NCBI GenBank assembly: GCA_963713365.1
Contig: CAVQLN010000016.1
Location: 2,636-66,635, forward strand
DNA: 64,000 nt
From: an uncultured Planctomycetota bacterium
GTDB taxonomy: Bacteria; Planctomycetota; Planctomycetia; Pirellulales; Lacipirellulaceae
Direction of reading: 5' to 3'
The notes beneath the pieces are model-generated. The model made no database searches, had not been told where the DNA came from, and saw only the letters and a program-made list of their open reading frames with translations. The position numbers and the translations under genes are program-made. This document shows positions 20,960-30,415 of this stretch, one piece after another (the stretch's first letter is position 1; the number at the start of each line of letters is the position of its first letter).

Positions 20960-22057
20960 TTTCTCGTCGGTATGCTCGCCGTGGCGATCGCACCCCGCAT
21001 GTTGGTATCGGCCTGCACGTTCTGCAGCTTGTAATAATCGAGAATCCCCAGTCGGCCGCTGCGAAATGCCTCGGCCATGGCTAGCGGCACTTCCGCCTCC
21101 GCCTCGACGAGCTTCGCCCGGTTCTCTTCGATCTTGGCGAGGTTCTCCTGCTCCTGCGAAACGGCCATCGCACGGCGGCCTTCGGCCTGTGCCCGGGCCA
21201 CGCGCGTGTCGGCCTCCGCCTGATCGGCTTGCAGCCGAGCGCCGATGTTGTCGCCCACGTCGATGTCCGCGATGTCGATCGACACGATCTCGAACGCCGT
21301 CTGCGAATCGAGTTTCCGCGCCAGCACTGCCTTCGAGATGCGGTCCGGGTTCTCCAGCACGACGGCATGGGTTTCGGCCGAGCCGATCGCGCTGACGATG
21401 CCCTCGCCGACGCGGGCCACGATCGTTTCCTCAGTGGCCCCGCCGATTAGCTGGTCCAGGTTGGCCCGCACGGTGACGCGGGCCTTCACTTTGAGCTGGA
21501 TGCCGTTCTTCGCGACGGCGTCGAGCGTCGGCCGCTTGCTGTTCTTCGGCGGGCAGTCGATCACGCGCGGGTAAACGCTCGTTTGCACCGCTTCCAGAAT
21601 GTTACGCCCGGCCAGATCGATCGCCGTCGCCCGCTTGAAACTCAGTTCGATGATCTTCGCCTTGCGGGCCGCGATCATCGAGCGGATCACCAGCGGCACA
21701 TTGCCGCCGGCCAGGTAATGCGCTTCGAGCGCCTTCGTCGTTATTCCTTCGCTTTCATACAGCCCGGCCTGCACGGCCATGATCTTGCTGCGCGTAATCA
21801 CGGTCGGATTGACCTTGCGAAACGTCATCCGCAACAGGTCGAGAAATGCCAATGCCGGCGCCAGTCGTCACGGATTGAATCCACAGCCGAAAATAGCGGG
21901 CAAAGATGGCGAAGAACGCCAGGCCGACAATCAGCACAACAACCAATAGCACCAGCCAAAGCACGTTGCCACGCCATAAATCACCCAAATCACCCTGTTG
22001 GGCGAGCAGGATCGGAGTGTCTCGAAATGCGGCGCTTGAGCCCGCGATATCGGTCAT
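20956..22057 (-). CDS. floA: Flotillin-like protein FloA (SPFH family, UPF0365), one frame change
   Basis: ORF 21755-22057 supplies the N-terminal TM segment and [14 protein letters not shown] 20956-21852 supplies [28 protein letters not shown] and a coiled-coil tail. The join is near 21850. Confidence 0.88.
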
Positions 22058-22152
22058 GGAATCTGTCCTTTGTATGGCGTGCGCGTTGAAAAGCGTGCGT
22101 ACCTAAAGCGATAACTTACAATCACTTGTAGTCGGTTAAGCTGGGTTTTTCA

Positions 22153-22342
22153 AGCACGGAGCCAGGAGAGCGAAGCCGGGAACCCGCAGCACCGACGTCG
22201 AACTTCGGAACAAGCGTGGTCAGATTAGGGAGAACGAAGTACGGAGTACTCAGTACGTGGTGCAGAGCACGCGCCAACTCAATCCTGATCCCTGCTCCTG
22301 CTCCTGCTCCGCTCCCTGCTCTCTGCCCTGCTTCCTGCTTCC
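22153..22342. repeat. Degenerate heptamer-tract pair (GCNNGGA / CCTGCTC flavours) in the nfeD-floA spacer
   Basis: Left tract GCACGGA GCCAGGA GAGCGAA GCCGGGA (22154-22181). Right tract 22284-22342 is a C/T-rich periodic run, the reverse complement of GGAAGCA GGAAGCA GGGCAGA GAGCAGG GAGCGGA... Complementarity between the two is only partial. Confidence 0.4.
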
Positions 22343-22932
22343 TACGCCAGCGGATCTTCCAGCGAGTCGATGCCTAGCTCTTCGATCGGTCGCGAAAGCA
22401 CATCGTTTGGATTCTGATGGCTGGGCCGCTGATCTTTTCCAGCCGGCCGCACGACAACGCGATTGGCTCGCACTTCCGCGACGAGCACGTAGGTGCCTGG
22501 CTCGATGGCCTGACCTTGGGTCACCGCATCGATCATCTGGCCATCGATTTCCACGGCCCCGCTGGGAAGCATTTTGGATCGGGCCACCCCCACGCGGCCC
22601 AAAAGTGCGCGGCGCGGATCCTCCGGCAGGACTTCCTCGTCGGTCGGCAATTCCCCCAAAAAAGCCTTGCCCATCGGAGTCCGAGGCCAGTATTTGAACG
22701 CCAGCGCAATAAGAGTCGGCACCGCAAAAACGGTCGTGGCGGTAAAGATCAGACCAACGGTCGGCCCCGTTGTGGGGGTCTCTTGAAACGCGATAAATAT
22801 CGAGCCAATAAACGAAACCGCGGCCAGGATGCTGATGATGCCGCCCGAGGGAATGAAAACCTCCAGCACGACCAGCACACAGCCGGCTAGCATCAAAAGA
22901 ATCGCCCACGCAATGTCCGGTAGCGCATCCAT
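22342..22932 (-). CDS. NfeD-family membrane protein (short form)
   Basis: Intact. I place the start at ATG 22932 (MDALPDIAW). TM segments are followed by the OB-fold tail GAVEIDGQMIDAVTQGQAIEPGTYVLVAEVRANRVVVRP. Confidence 0.8.
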   Translation of the reverse strand: MDALPDIAWAILLMLAGCVLVVLEVFIPSGGIISILAAVSFIGSIFIAFQETPTTGPTVGLIFTATTVFAVPTLIALAFKYWPRTPMGKAFLGELPTDEEVLPEDPRRALLGRVGVARSKMLPSGAVEIDGQMIDAVTQGQAIEPGTYVLVAEVRANRVVVRPAGKDQRPSHQNPNDVLSRPIEELGIDSLEDPLA

Positions 22933-23097
22933 GGTAAACACAGTATATCGATGAACAAACAGCCGGCCAGCAAGCAACTCCTGTACCGCCGCTGTCACCG
23001 ATTATAGCTGATTGGCGCAAGCTCAGGCCACGCCTTGGCAATCGCCGCTTGAAAAAGTTGGCTTGCCAGTATGAAGAGCGATTGCGCCGCCAGACGG

Positions 23098-23222
23098 TTC
23101 ACGCATCAGCGTTGCGCACCACCACGCGATTGCCGCGGGCCTTCACGACGACTACCGTTTGGCCGCGGTCGATCGGCAGTCCCTCGGCAATCACGTCGAT
23201 CAGATTGGCCGTCGATATCGGC
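23098..23222. repeat. 125-bp direct repeat, copy 1 (orphan copy of the 3' end of the long NfeD gene)
   Basis: Aligns over its full length with 24011-24135 (5 substitutions and 2 single-nt indels by eye). On the minus strand it reads ADIDGQ..IDVIAEGLPIDRGQTVVVVKARGNRVVVRNADA-stop. Confidence 0.9.
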
Positions 23223-23907
23223 AACGGCGCCGACGCTCTCGAGCTTGCGCCGAAGTTCCGCAAAGATTTGGGCGATGGGCATCTTCACTTGCTTCTTCGG
23301 CCCGGAGTAGGAAGCTGCCCGCTAGACTTCTTCGCGCTGCGTAAAGTCGACTGCGCTCGTACAGTTCGGCCAGCGGCAGCTCCACGTGGATTGCCTCGAG
23401 GGGAACCGCCGCGCCCGTGCCTTCATACGCTTCCGCAATAAAACCATTCTCACCGCGACGGTGGACGACCACGCGGGGAGAGCCAGTCTCAATCAACAGG
23501 TATGCCGACAAGGTGGGAATCGTGAGGTAAGCGTTGCGCTTCTCGCCCTCATCGAGGCGGCGAGTCGCTTCGGAAACCACCTCCGCAATCACAACCGGCT
23601 TATCCTGGAATGACTCGTCGGCAGCGTTTGGCTCACAGACGACCATCCCATCCGGATAGTAGAACCGGGTGTGCGTCGGCAATTGGATGCGGACCTTCGT
23701 ATCGGAGTTGAACGGTTCGCAGGGTTTGCCGCGAAGTCGCCGGCCCATTGCCAAAAGCCAACTGGTGGCAATTCGGTTGTGAATGTTCTTCGCCCCGGCC
23801 ATCGCGTACACGTAGCCGCCGGAATATTCGTGCTTTGTGTCGGATGCGAGCTCGCCAGCGAGGTAGTCGGCGACGGAAACCAGCTCAGTCTGTTTGACCG
23901 TAGTCAT
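23200..23907 (-). CDS. Uma2-family (DUF820) putative endonuclease
   Basis: From ATG 23907: VSVADYLAGE...KHEYSGGYVYAMAGA..NHNRIA...YYPDGMVVC...PVVIAEVVSEATRRLDEGEKRNAYL.IPTLSAYLLI. A family-typical length would end near 23340. The listed ORF runs on into repeat copy 1, so the true stop is uncertain. Confidence 0.78.
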   Translation of the reverse strand: MTTVKQTELVSVADYLAGELASDTKHEYSGGYVYAMAGAKNIHNRIATSWLLAMGRRLRGKPCEPFNSDTKVRIQLPTHTRFYYPDGMVVCEPNAADESFQDKPVVIAEVVSEATRRLDEGEKRNAYLTIPTLSAYLLIETGSPRVVVHRRGENGFIAEAYEGTGAAVPLEAIHVELPLAELYERSRLYAARRSLAGSFLLRAEEASEDAHRPNLCGTSAQARERRRRCRYRRPI

Positions 23908-24010
23908 GTCATTCAACTTAGGTCCAAGCCGCTCGGAAATCAACCGCTGCGCCCGCTCCCCCGCTTCGCTTCCCTGTGCGCGATTCCTGACTTGATGCGG
24001 GCGACCGCTT

Positions 24011-24135
24011 TTCACGCATCAACGTTGCGCACCACCACGCGATTGCCGCGGGCTTTCACGACGACTACCGTTTGGCCGCGATCGATCGGCAAGTCCTTCG
24101 GCAATCACGTCGATCAGTTGGCCGTCGATATCGGC
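24011..24135. repeat. 125-bp direct repeat, copy 2 (3' end of the long NfeD gene in place)
   Basis: See copy 1. This copy carries an extra T in GGACTTGCC, which shifts the last ~30 codons. Confidence 0.9.
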
Positions 24136-26348
24136 TTTGCCTGCTGGCATGAGATTGGTCGCGGCCGTGCCCTGTTGCCCGATCAGATGTGTGAAATCGG
24201 CAAGCGCTTCGCGGTTCTCCAATTCGACGAGTTCCTCTTCGGACGTCGGATTGAGCAGCAGCGTGCGGAACATCGGCGCATGCGGCAGATAGCGGCGCAG
24301 CAGCATCGCCGTGCCTACGACGCACACGGTGGCCGCCGCGACGATCGTCAGCGAATGCCGCAGCTCGGCCATCTGCGACTCGGTCTTGGGCAGCACAAAA
24401 GTCTGGCTGGCCAGCACGAGCGATGCCAGAATCATCGCCCCGCCGCCCAATCCGAAGACGCCAAAGCCGGGAAGCACAAACAGCTCCAGCAGCAGAAAGA
24501 ACACGCCGCCAAGAAACAAAAGTACTTCCAGCCACTCGGCCGTGCCGTGCAAAAAGTTGCTCCAGAAGAAGAGCATGAACGCGAGCGCCGCCACGAACGC
24601 GCCTGCGCCGAATCCCGGCGTGTGCAGCTCGATGTAAATTCCGACAAAGCCGACAACCAAAAGCAGCACGGCTAATCCCGGCGACGACAGCGCCTCGACC
24701 AGCTCCAGCGCCCAGTTCGGCTCGGCCACCCGCGGATCGGTTTCAAACCCGTAAAGCTGCTTGAATTCGTCGAAGCTGTCGACAACATGCGTGGCGACGT
24801 CGAGCTCCAGCGCGCGGTTCGCCGCCAGCCGCAGCGGCTCGCCGGCCGCCTTGATTCGCGCCCCCGCGCCAGTCGCCCGGCTCGGGTTGCTCGCGCGCCT
24901 CCTCGTCCGTCATATAGCGCACTTCGCCGGTCTTCGTGTTCTGATACGAGACGAGCTCCAGATCCGGATCGATCGTCGCCGCCAGCAGCGACCAACTGTG
25001 GTCTGTGTTCTCGGCAAGCGATGCGCGGATTGAAACCGCCGCCTCATCGAGCGTTTGTCGCTCCAGCTCGATCGTCCCCTTGCCGCCGATGTGCGCCTCG
25101 GGCTGCATCACGAGTTGATCGCACGCCAGCGCCACCAGGGCGGCGCCGCCGCTGGCATCCACCGGCACATAAGCCACCGTCTGCACTTCGTTCGCGTCGA
25201 GCGCCGCCAGCCGATCGGCCAGCCGCAGGCAGTCTTCCAGTTCGCCGCCGGTGCTGTCGATACGCAGTCCAACCCAATTCACTTTGCGATCGCGCAGCTC
25301 CGTCCCCAGCAGCGTAAAGAGTTGTCGAACCATTCGCGGGGTAATCGGGCCTTCCACTCGCAACATCACGGGCCGCCAATCGCCCACCAGCGATTGATCT
25401 TCGATGACCGCCTCCGGCGCAAGCGCCAGCCCACGCGCGAGCGCTTCGCGATCGCCGGCCAGCAGTTTGACGAACCCATATTCGCGCCCTCTGCGCCGGA
25501 GAAGCTGCCGAGCGAGCCGGCCGGCACGATTGTTTCCGGCGGTGAGACAATCGTGCGATTCTGCTTGAGCGCTTCCAGCTCGTCGCGCAGCACGAACTCC
25601 GTGCTTTCTTCGGTCTCGACTTTGAGCACTTCCAGCTTGCGGTCGAGCATGCCCAGCGCAATCGCCTGAGGCACGGTCCGCCTCGATTCGGCAATCTGCT
25701 GGTATGCGCTGACGACGCTGGGCTCAATCGCCCGGCCGTCTTTTTCATCGATTCCAGCCTCGCCAAGCTCCGCCTCCGGGCTCATGGCGATCTCTTCGCA
25801 GGCCAGGGCCACCAGCACGCCATGCCCCTTAATCGTCCGCGGAACGTACGCCACGGTTTTTACCTGCGCAAGCCGCTGACTCGTGAGATGCCGGGCCACG
25901 GACAACGCTCTCTCGAAATCGGTCCCCTCACCGTAACTGCCCTGTCGACGCGCCGGCACAATCTCGAGGGTCAGCACGGGCCGCCGCCCTTCGCGCCGCG
26001 GAAGACGCGTCAGTTGTTCCAATGCGCGGTCGATCGAGCTTTTGATGTGCGCGTCGGCGTTGCCGGTGAGCGGCAGGCGGATTCGGATCAGCCGGCCATC
26101 ACCGACATCGGCGGCCGGCGGTACGGCATCTGGATCGGCCGGCGCTGAGGCGTCCTCTTCACCAGCATCGGCCGTAGAGTTTTGTGGCTCAGCAGTGCCT
26201 GCCCGGCGGCCGGCTGCGCCGGCTCGCTTGCGTCTTCGCTTTGCTGCGCTGGAAACGCCGCAAGGCTTGTCGTCAAAAGAACCAGTGCGGCTGTGAGAGT
26301 GCGGCCTAAGACGTCGTATCGAACGCACGCGGCAAAATTGCGAGTCAT
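24019..26348 (-). CDS. Long NfeD-like membrane-bound serine protease (two ClpP/crotonase-like domains, TM block, OB-fold tail), about four frame changes
   Basis: The chain starts at ATG 26348 (signal peptide MTRNFAAC..LVLLTTSLAAFPA) and runs through ORFs 25366-26376, 24743-25387 and 24019-24729. Joins are near 26203, 25490, 24870 (a G5 run) and 24085. Motifs: TVAYVPRTIKGHGVLVALACEEIAM and TVAYVPVDASGGAALVALACDQLVM. Confidence 0.75.
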
Positions 26349-26610
26349 GTGCTCCAACAATCCTTTGATCCGCCAAGTCTGCACGGGACGGCTCGCGGTG
26401 CGCCCAACCGGCCGGCCGATACCTATGCGAGGGACAGCGACATTATAGGAACTTTTTGCAATTTGGGCAAAAACCTCCTGCGTTGCGTATTTTCCGAGAG
26501 CGTCGGCACGCCGGTGCGGCTCGTAGTGGACAGTGCTAATATATTTTTGTACACTTATGCTAGCGCCCTGGGCGTCGATATCTATTCGCCTTCCGAGAAG
26601 GTCTCTTGGC

Positions 26611-27680
26611 ATGTCTCGTTCAATCAAAGGCCGCGGCGCAGCCGTTCAACCGCCAAACCCTTACCTGCACGTTCAAACGCAAGCCGACCTGGAGCAGATC
26701 GAATCGGACGAAGATTATTTGGCCCAATTAGGCCGCCCGCCGACCGAATACATTCCGGACCTGTCGCAATCGATTGTCACCGAAAACGACAGCCCCGACG
26801 TCGGATTTCGTTACAGTGTGAACCCGTATCGCGGCTGCGCATGGCTGCAGCTATTGTTACGCGCGGCCAACGCACGAATATTTCGGCCTCAGCGCGGGTC
26901 TCGATTTCGAGACCAAAGTCCTTGTGAAGTACCATGCGGCCGAGCTGCTGCGCGAATTCCTGGCCCGCCCCAGTTGGAAACCCGATACAATCGTGTTTTC
27001 GGGCGTCACCGATTGCTACCAGCCGGCCGAACGAAAGTTCGGCATCACGCGCGCCTGCATGGCGGTGGCCGCCGAGTGCCGCCAGCCCGTGGGCATCATC
27101 ACCAAGAACTCGCTGGTCGTGCGCGACCTCGATTTGCTCACCGAGCTGGCAGGTCACAAGGCCGTGCACGTCTCGCTTTCCATTACGTCGCTCGATCCGG
27201 AGCTGGCTCGCGCCATGGAGCCGCGAACCAGCGCCGCGGAAGCCCGACTGCGCCATCCGCGACCTTTCAGCCGCCGGCATTCCAACAAACGTGATGGTCG
27301 CCCCGATTATCCCCGGCCTCAACGACAGCGAAATGCCCGCAATCCTCGCAGCCGCCCGCGAGGCCGGCGCAAGCGGGGCCGGCTATGTCATGGTGAAGCT
27401 GGCCACAACCGTGCGCGAGGTGTTCCTCGATTGGCTGCAGCGCACCTATCCAGACCGTCGGCCGCGCATCGAAACGCTCATCCGCTCCACACGCGCGGGC
27501 CGCCTGAACGACTCCCAATTCGGCCGCCGCCAACGCGGCACCGGCCCCGTGGCCGATCTGATCGCCGACTCGTTTGAGATGTGGACCAAGAAACTTGGCT
27601 TTCCTCACGACGACACCCGGCTTAACCGCGAAGCCTTCCGCCCGCCACGAGCGGCATCGGGGCAGATGCAGCTCTTTTAG
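26611..27680 (+). CDS. Radical SAM protein of the PA0069 type, two frame changes
   Basis: MSRSIKGRGA...NPYRGC, then in the next frame HGCSYCYARPTHEYFGLSAGLDFETKV.. (the CxxxCxxC motif), then IRDLSAAGIPTNVMVAPIIPGLND. Joins are near 26838 and 27250. Confidence 0.82.
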
Positions 27681-27762
27681 AACATTGTCGACTTCTTCGA
27701 CCAATAGCCGGACGGCGACGGCGTCGGCGTCCTGTTGAGGCAAAATGCTTTTATTCCCGTTT

Positions 27763-28317
27763 CTAATTCTGTCGCTCCACGGTCCGACTTCCTTCCAGCC
27801 GCGCACATTCTTTCCACACCGGCGGGTCGCCTATTATGTTTTGGACATTCTCTTCCAGGACGAAGGCTTTGTTGGTTTTTGGCAAGACTACAAACGCGTA
27901 AGGTCGATCCGGCGGTTCTGGCTTCTCGCCGACGCGTTGCCTGGTCTGATAGCCCAACTCATTGAACCGAATAACGGTGGAGTCGCCGGTTTCTATCAAG
28001 GAGTCAATCTCGATTCCGCGGACATTGACTTGCTCACCACGAAATATCACGACGACCGAGCAGCGTTCAAAATCGACTTCACAAAGAGACCGATACGCAT
28101 CTTCCTTCGTCGTTCCCAAGTGGTTTACCGAAGCGCGAGTCCAAGTTTCGGAGTCGGTAATGCGCTCATAGGACAGCTTACGGACTTGGCTGTCTGCGCC
28201 GCTTATCGCCTCCAAAGGTTTCAACGTGCTTGCTTTCTCGTTCTGAACAGCCCGGACGGTTAAGCTTATGAATTGCCCGAACGCAACGAGAATCGCAAGG
28301 ACAGCTATCTTATTCAT
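27763..28317 (-). CDS. Hypothetical secreted protein
   Basis: Intact 184-aa ORF with signal peptide MNKIAVLAILVAFGQFISL. AT-richer than the flanks. No domain confidently recognised. Confidence 0.5.
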   Translation of the reverse strand: MNKIAVLAILVAFGQFISLTVRAVQNEKASTLKPLEAISGADSQVRKLSYERITDSETWTRASVNHLGTTKEDAYRSLCEVDFERCSVVVIFRGEQVNVRGIEIDSLIETGDSTVIRFNELGYQTRQRVGEKPEPPDRPYAFVVLPKTNKAFVLEENVQNIIGDPPVWKECARLEGSRTVERQN

Positions 28318-28368
28318 TGATCAGATCTTAAGTTGATTCAAGGCTGCCATTTGTGCCCCGTGGTGTCT

Positions 28369-28782
28369 TCACTCAGGCAGCAATTCAAACGGCCGATTTT
28401 GCGCGTTACGAAATATTAAGAAATCCCGACGATCCAATGTGAATATCTTGCGCGTCTGCTCTCGATTCGCCAAATGCACCAACGCTGCGTCGGCTAACTG
28501 CGGCTCAAGGTTGTGATATTGTTTCGGAATCGCGGCAATTGAATCGATATCGCTTTCAGTCAGCGGCAATAGCACGAATCGGCCGTTCGCGCACTCGGCC
28601 AATAACGACTGCACCGACTCCGGCCGGTCCCGCAGTAAGTAAGCCGCTTCTGTGATGACCGGCCAACAGGTGAAAACTTGATTCGGAAGATGCTGCGCCG
28701 CCTCGACACAGCTTTCATGATTCATCGTCGCGCCGATGAAGCGCTACCAACGGCCCCGTGTCGATCAGCACACGCTCCGTCA
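28369..28782 (-). CDS. PIN-domain toxin (VapC-like), one frame change near the 5' end
   Basis: ATG 28782 opens MTERVLIDTGPLVALHRRDD (PIN N-terminal Asp motif). ORF 28369-28725 continues one frame off (..FTLDRRDFLIF). The ATG overlaps the upstream stop as ATGA. Confidence 0.78.
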
Positions 28783-29049
28783 TTGACTTTGGCCAAAGCC
28801 TTCCATGTACTTCAAGTTCGTGCTCTTGTCGTGGGGACCGCCGATAGCTGCAGCAAGATAGCCATCTGCTTTCAGAGCGTCACATAACGATTCCGTTCCG
28901 TTGGCGTGCAAATCGCGAACGGTCGGAACGTGCAAACTGAGAGCCTCTGCCAGTAAATCTGGCCAGGGCTTACCGCTTTGATCGGCAAGCAAAGCAACTT
29001 GCCGCTGCTGCTCGGGTGTTAACTGAATTTGGCGCGGATCGGTTGCCAT
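28780..29049 (-). CDS. Putative antitoxin of the PIN toxin
   Basis: Intact 89-aa ORF immediately upstream of the PIN gene with a 4-nt ATGA overlap. The family is not recognised. Confidence 0.6.
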   Translation of the reverse strand: MATDPRQIQLTPEQQRQVALLADQSGKPWPDLLAEALSLHVPTVRDLHANGTESLCDALKADGYLAAAIGGPHDKSTNLKYMEGFGQSQ

Positions 29050-29202
29050 ACCCTAAGTCTAGCAAACGACCGTCGCTTGGCAAAACCTCGCTGCAAAACT
29101 CGGCTACAAGTTGGATTGACCAGCGCCGTAGCGGCTAAGCTATCTACTTAACGGCGCCATTCTAGCCTGCGTCATAAGGCCAATACCGCTACCGGCAAGT
29201 CG

Positions 29203-29228
29203 CCGGACCAAGATGGCCCGGTTATGTA
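29203..29228. repeat. Copy of the small hairpin motif CCGGACC-AAGAT-GG(C/T)CCGG-(C/T)TATG
   Basis: Read directly: CCGGACCAAGATGGCCCGGTTATGTA. Two further copies lie at 61053-61078 and 61085-61110. This copy is just 3' of the HlyD-like gene stop. Confidence 0.5.
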
Positions 29229-29243
29229 CCAATGGCGCCAAGA

Positions 29244-30246
29244 CTACCGCGCGTCGGCTGTGTGAAAGACGATGTCCACCAGCGCGCCAGGCTTGAGAAC
29301 TGCCTCGGCCGGCATCTTGATCCGCACCGGCAGGCCCCATTGCGGAAGGTTTGCCATCGCCCGCTGGTGGGCCGGCAACTGCTCGATCATTTGGCCGACT
29401 TCCTCGATCTCACTCGTCAGCCGCGGCGCACCCGAGAGCCTCGCACGCAGCGTGACGCGCATTCCCACTTTCGGCTCGATCGTGCTGTGCTCCGGCACGT
29501 AGCCGACGATGTGTTGGCCGTGATCGGCCGCGATCGTTGCGATCAGGCCGCCCGGGTGAACGATCTGCCCGGGCCAGCAATAAACATTGACCAGCGTGCC
29601 GCTGATCGGCGCGGGGATCTCGAGCAGCCCGGTGCGCAAACTCAGCTCCTCCCAGCGCAGGTCGAGCGCCCGCCGCGCTTCGCGCATGCGGACAATTTCG
29701 TCGCGCGTTTCGGCGGCCACTTGATCCGACAGCTCAGGAGGCGCAGCGTCCGACGGACGCGGTTCATTGGAACCTGCCGGCGCGGGCGTCGAAGCCAGTT
29801 GTTCAATCGCCTGCAGTCGGGACTGCTCGAACGCCAGCGCAAGACGCAAGCTTTCGTCAACCTCAGCACCGGCTCTCCGACTGCCGTTCCTGCAACTGCT
29901 CCACCTGGTCGATGAGATCCTTCACATCGCGGCGCAGCAGGCTCTTGGTGGCCTCCAGCTGCTGATCGTCGATTCGGGCGATAATGTCGCCCGCGGTCAC
30001 GCGATCGAACACGGTCCACTGCCCGCGCGTCTGGCTGGGCAGGGCAATCACGAGCCCGGCCGTCGGACTGGTGATGTCAACACGCAGGCCGTCGACCTCG
30101 CCGATGCCTTGCACCGATGCGCCATGCCACGTCCAAAGCCAGCCACTGACAAAAAGTGCCGCCGCAAAACACGCGATCGGTATCGTCTGCGAACGAATCC
30201 GCCGCCAGCGAACAGCCCAAGCCAAAGGTATGCGTTTCTCTTCCAT
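29244..30246 (-). CDS. HlyD-family membrane-fusion (periplasmic adaptor) protein, one frame change
   Basis: ORF 29863-30246 has the TM segment IPIACFAAALFVSGWLW and the lipoyl-like hairpin ITSPTAGLVIAL..VTAGDIIARID. ORF 29244-29849 has a coiled coil and ISGTLVNVYCWPGQIVHPGGLIATI. The join is near 29872. Confidence 0.72.
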
Positions 30247-30290
30247 CTTCCGTTATCAAGCCAGTAACAAGGGACTCAATTTAGTAATTT

Positions 30291-30372
30291 AACCGCCAAG
30301 AACGCCAAGTTCGCCAAAATGAAAACTAATTGATACTTGCCTTTCTTGGCGTCCTTCGCGTCCTTGGCGGTT
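30291..30372. repeat. Heptamer-hairpin element, CGCCAAG flavour
   Basis: Left arm AACCGCCAAGAACGCCAAGTTCGCCAAAA (30291-30319). Right arm TTTCTTGGCGTCCTTCGCGTCCTTGGCGGTT (30342-30372). The arms are imperfect inverted copies with 3 cores at 9-nt spacing around a 22-nt loop. Confidence 0.7.
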
Positions 30373-30415
30373 CAGTTTGTATGTGACTTTTTAGCCGTTG
30401 CCGTCTAGCTGGTGG

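Noticed and set aside
23098-24135. 125-bp direct repeats as the target-site duplication of an insertion sequence
   Set aside because: This is far longer than any transposase TSD I know. There are no terminal inverted repeats and no transposase. I kept it as a finding under a different interpretation.
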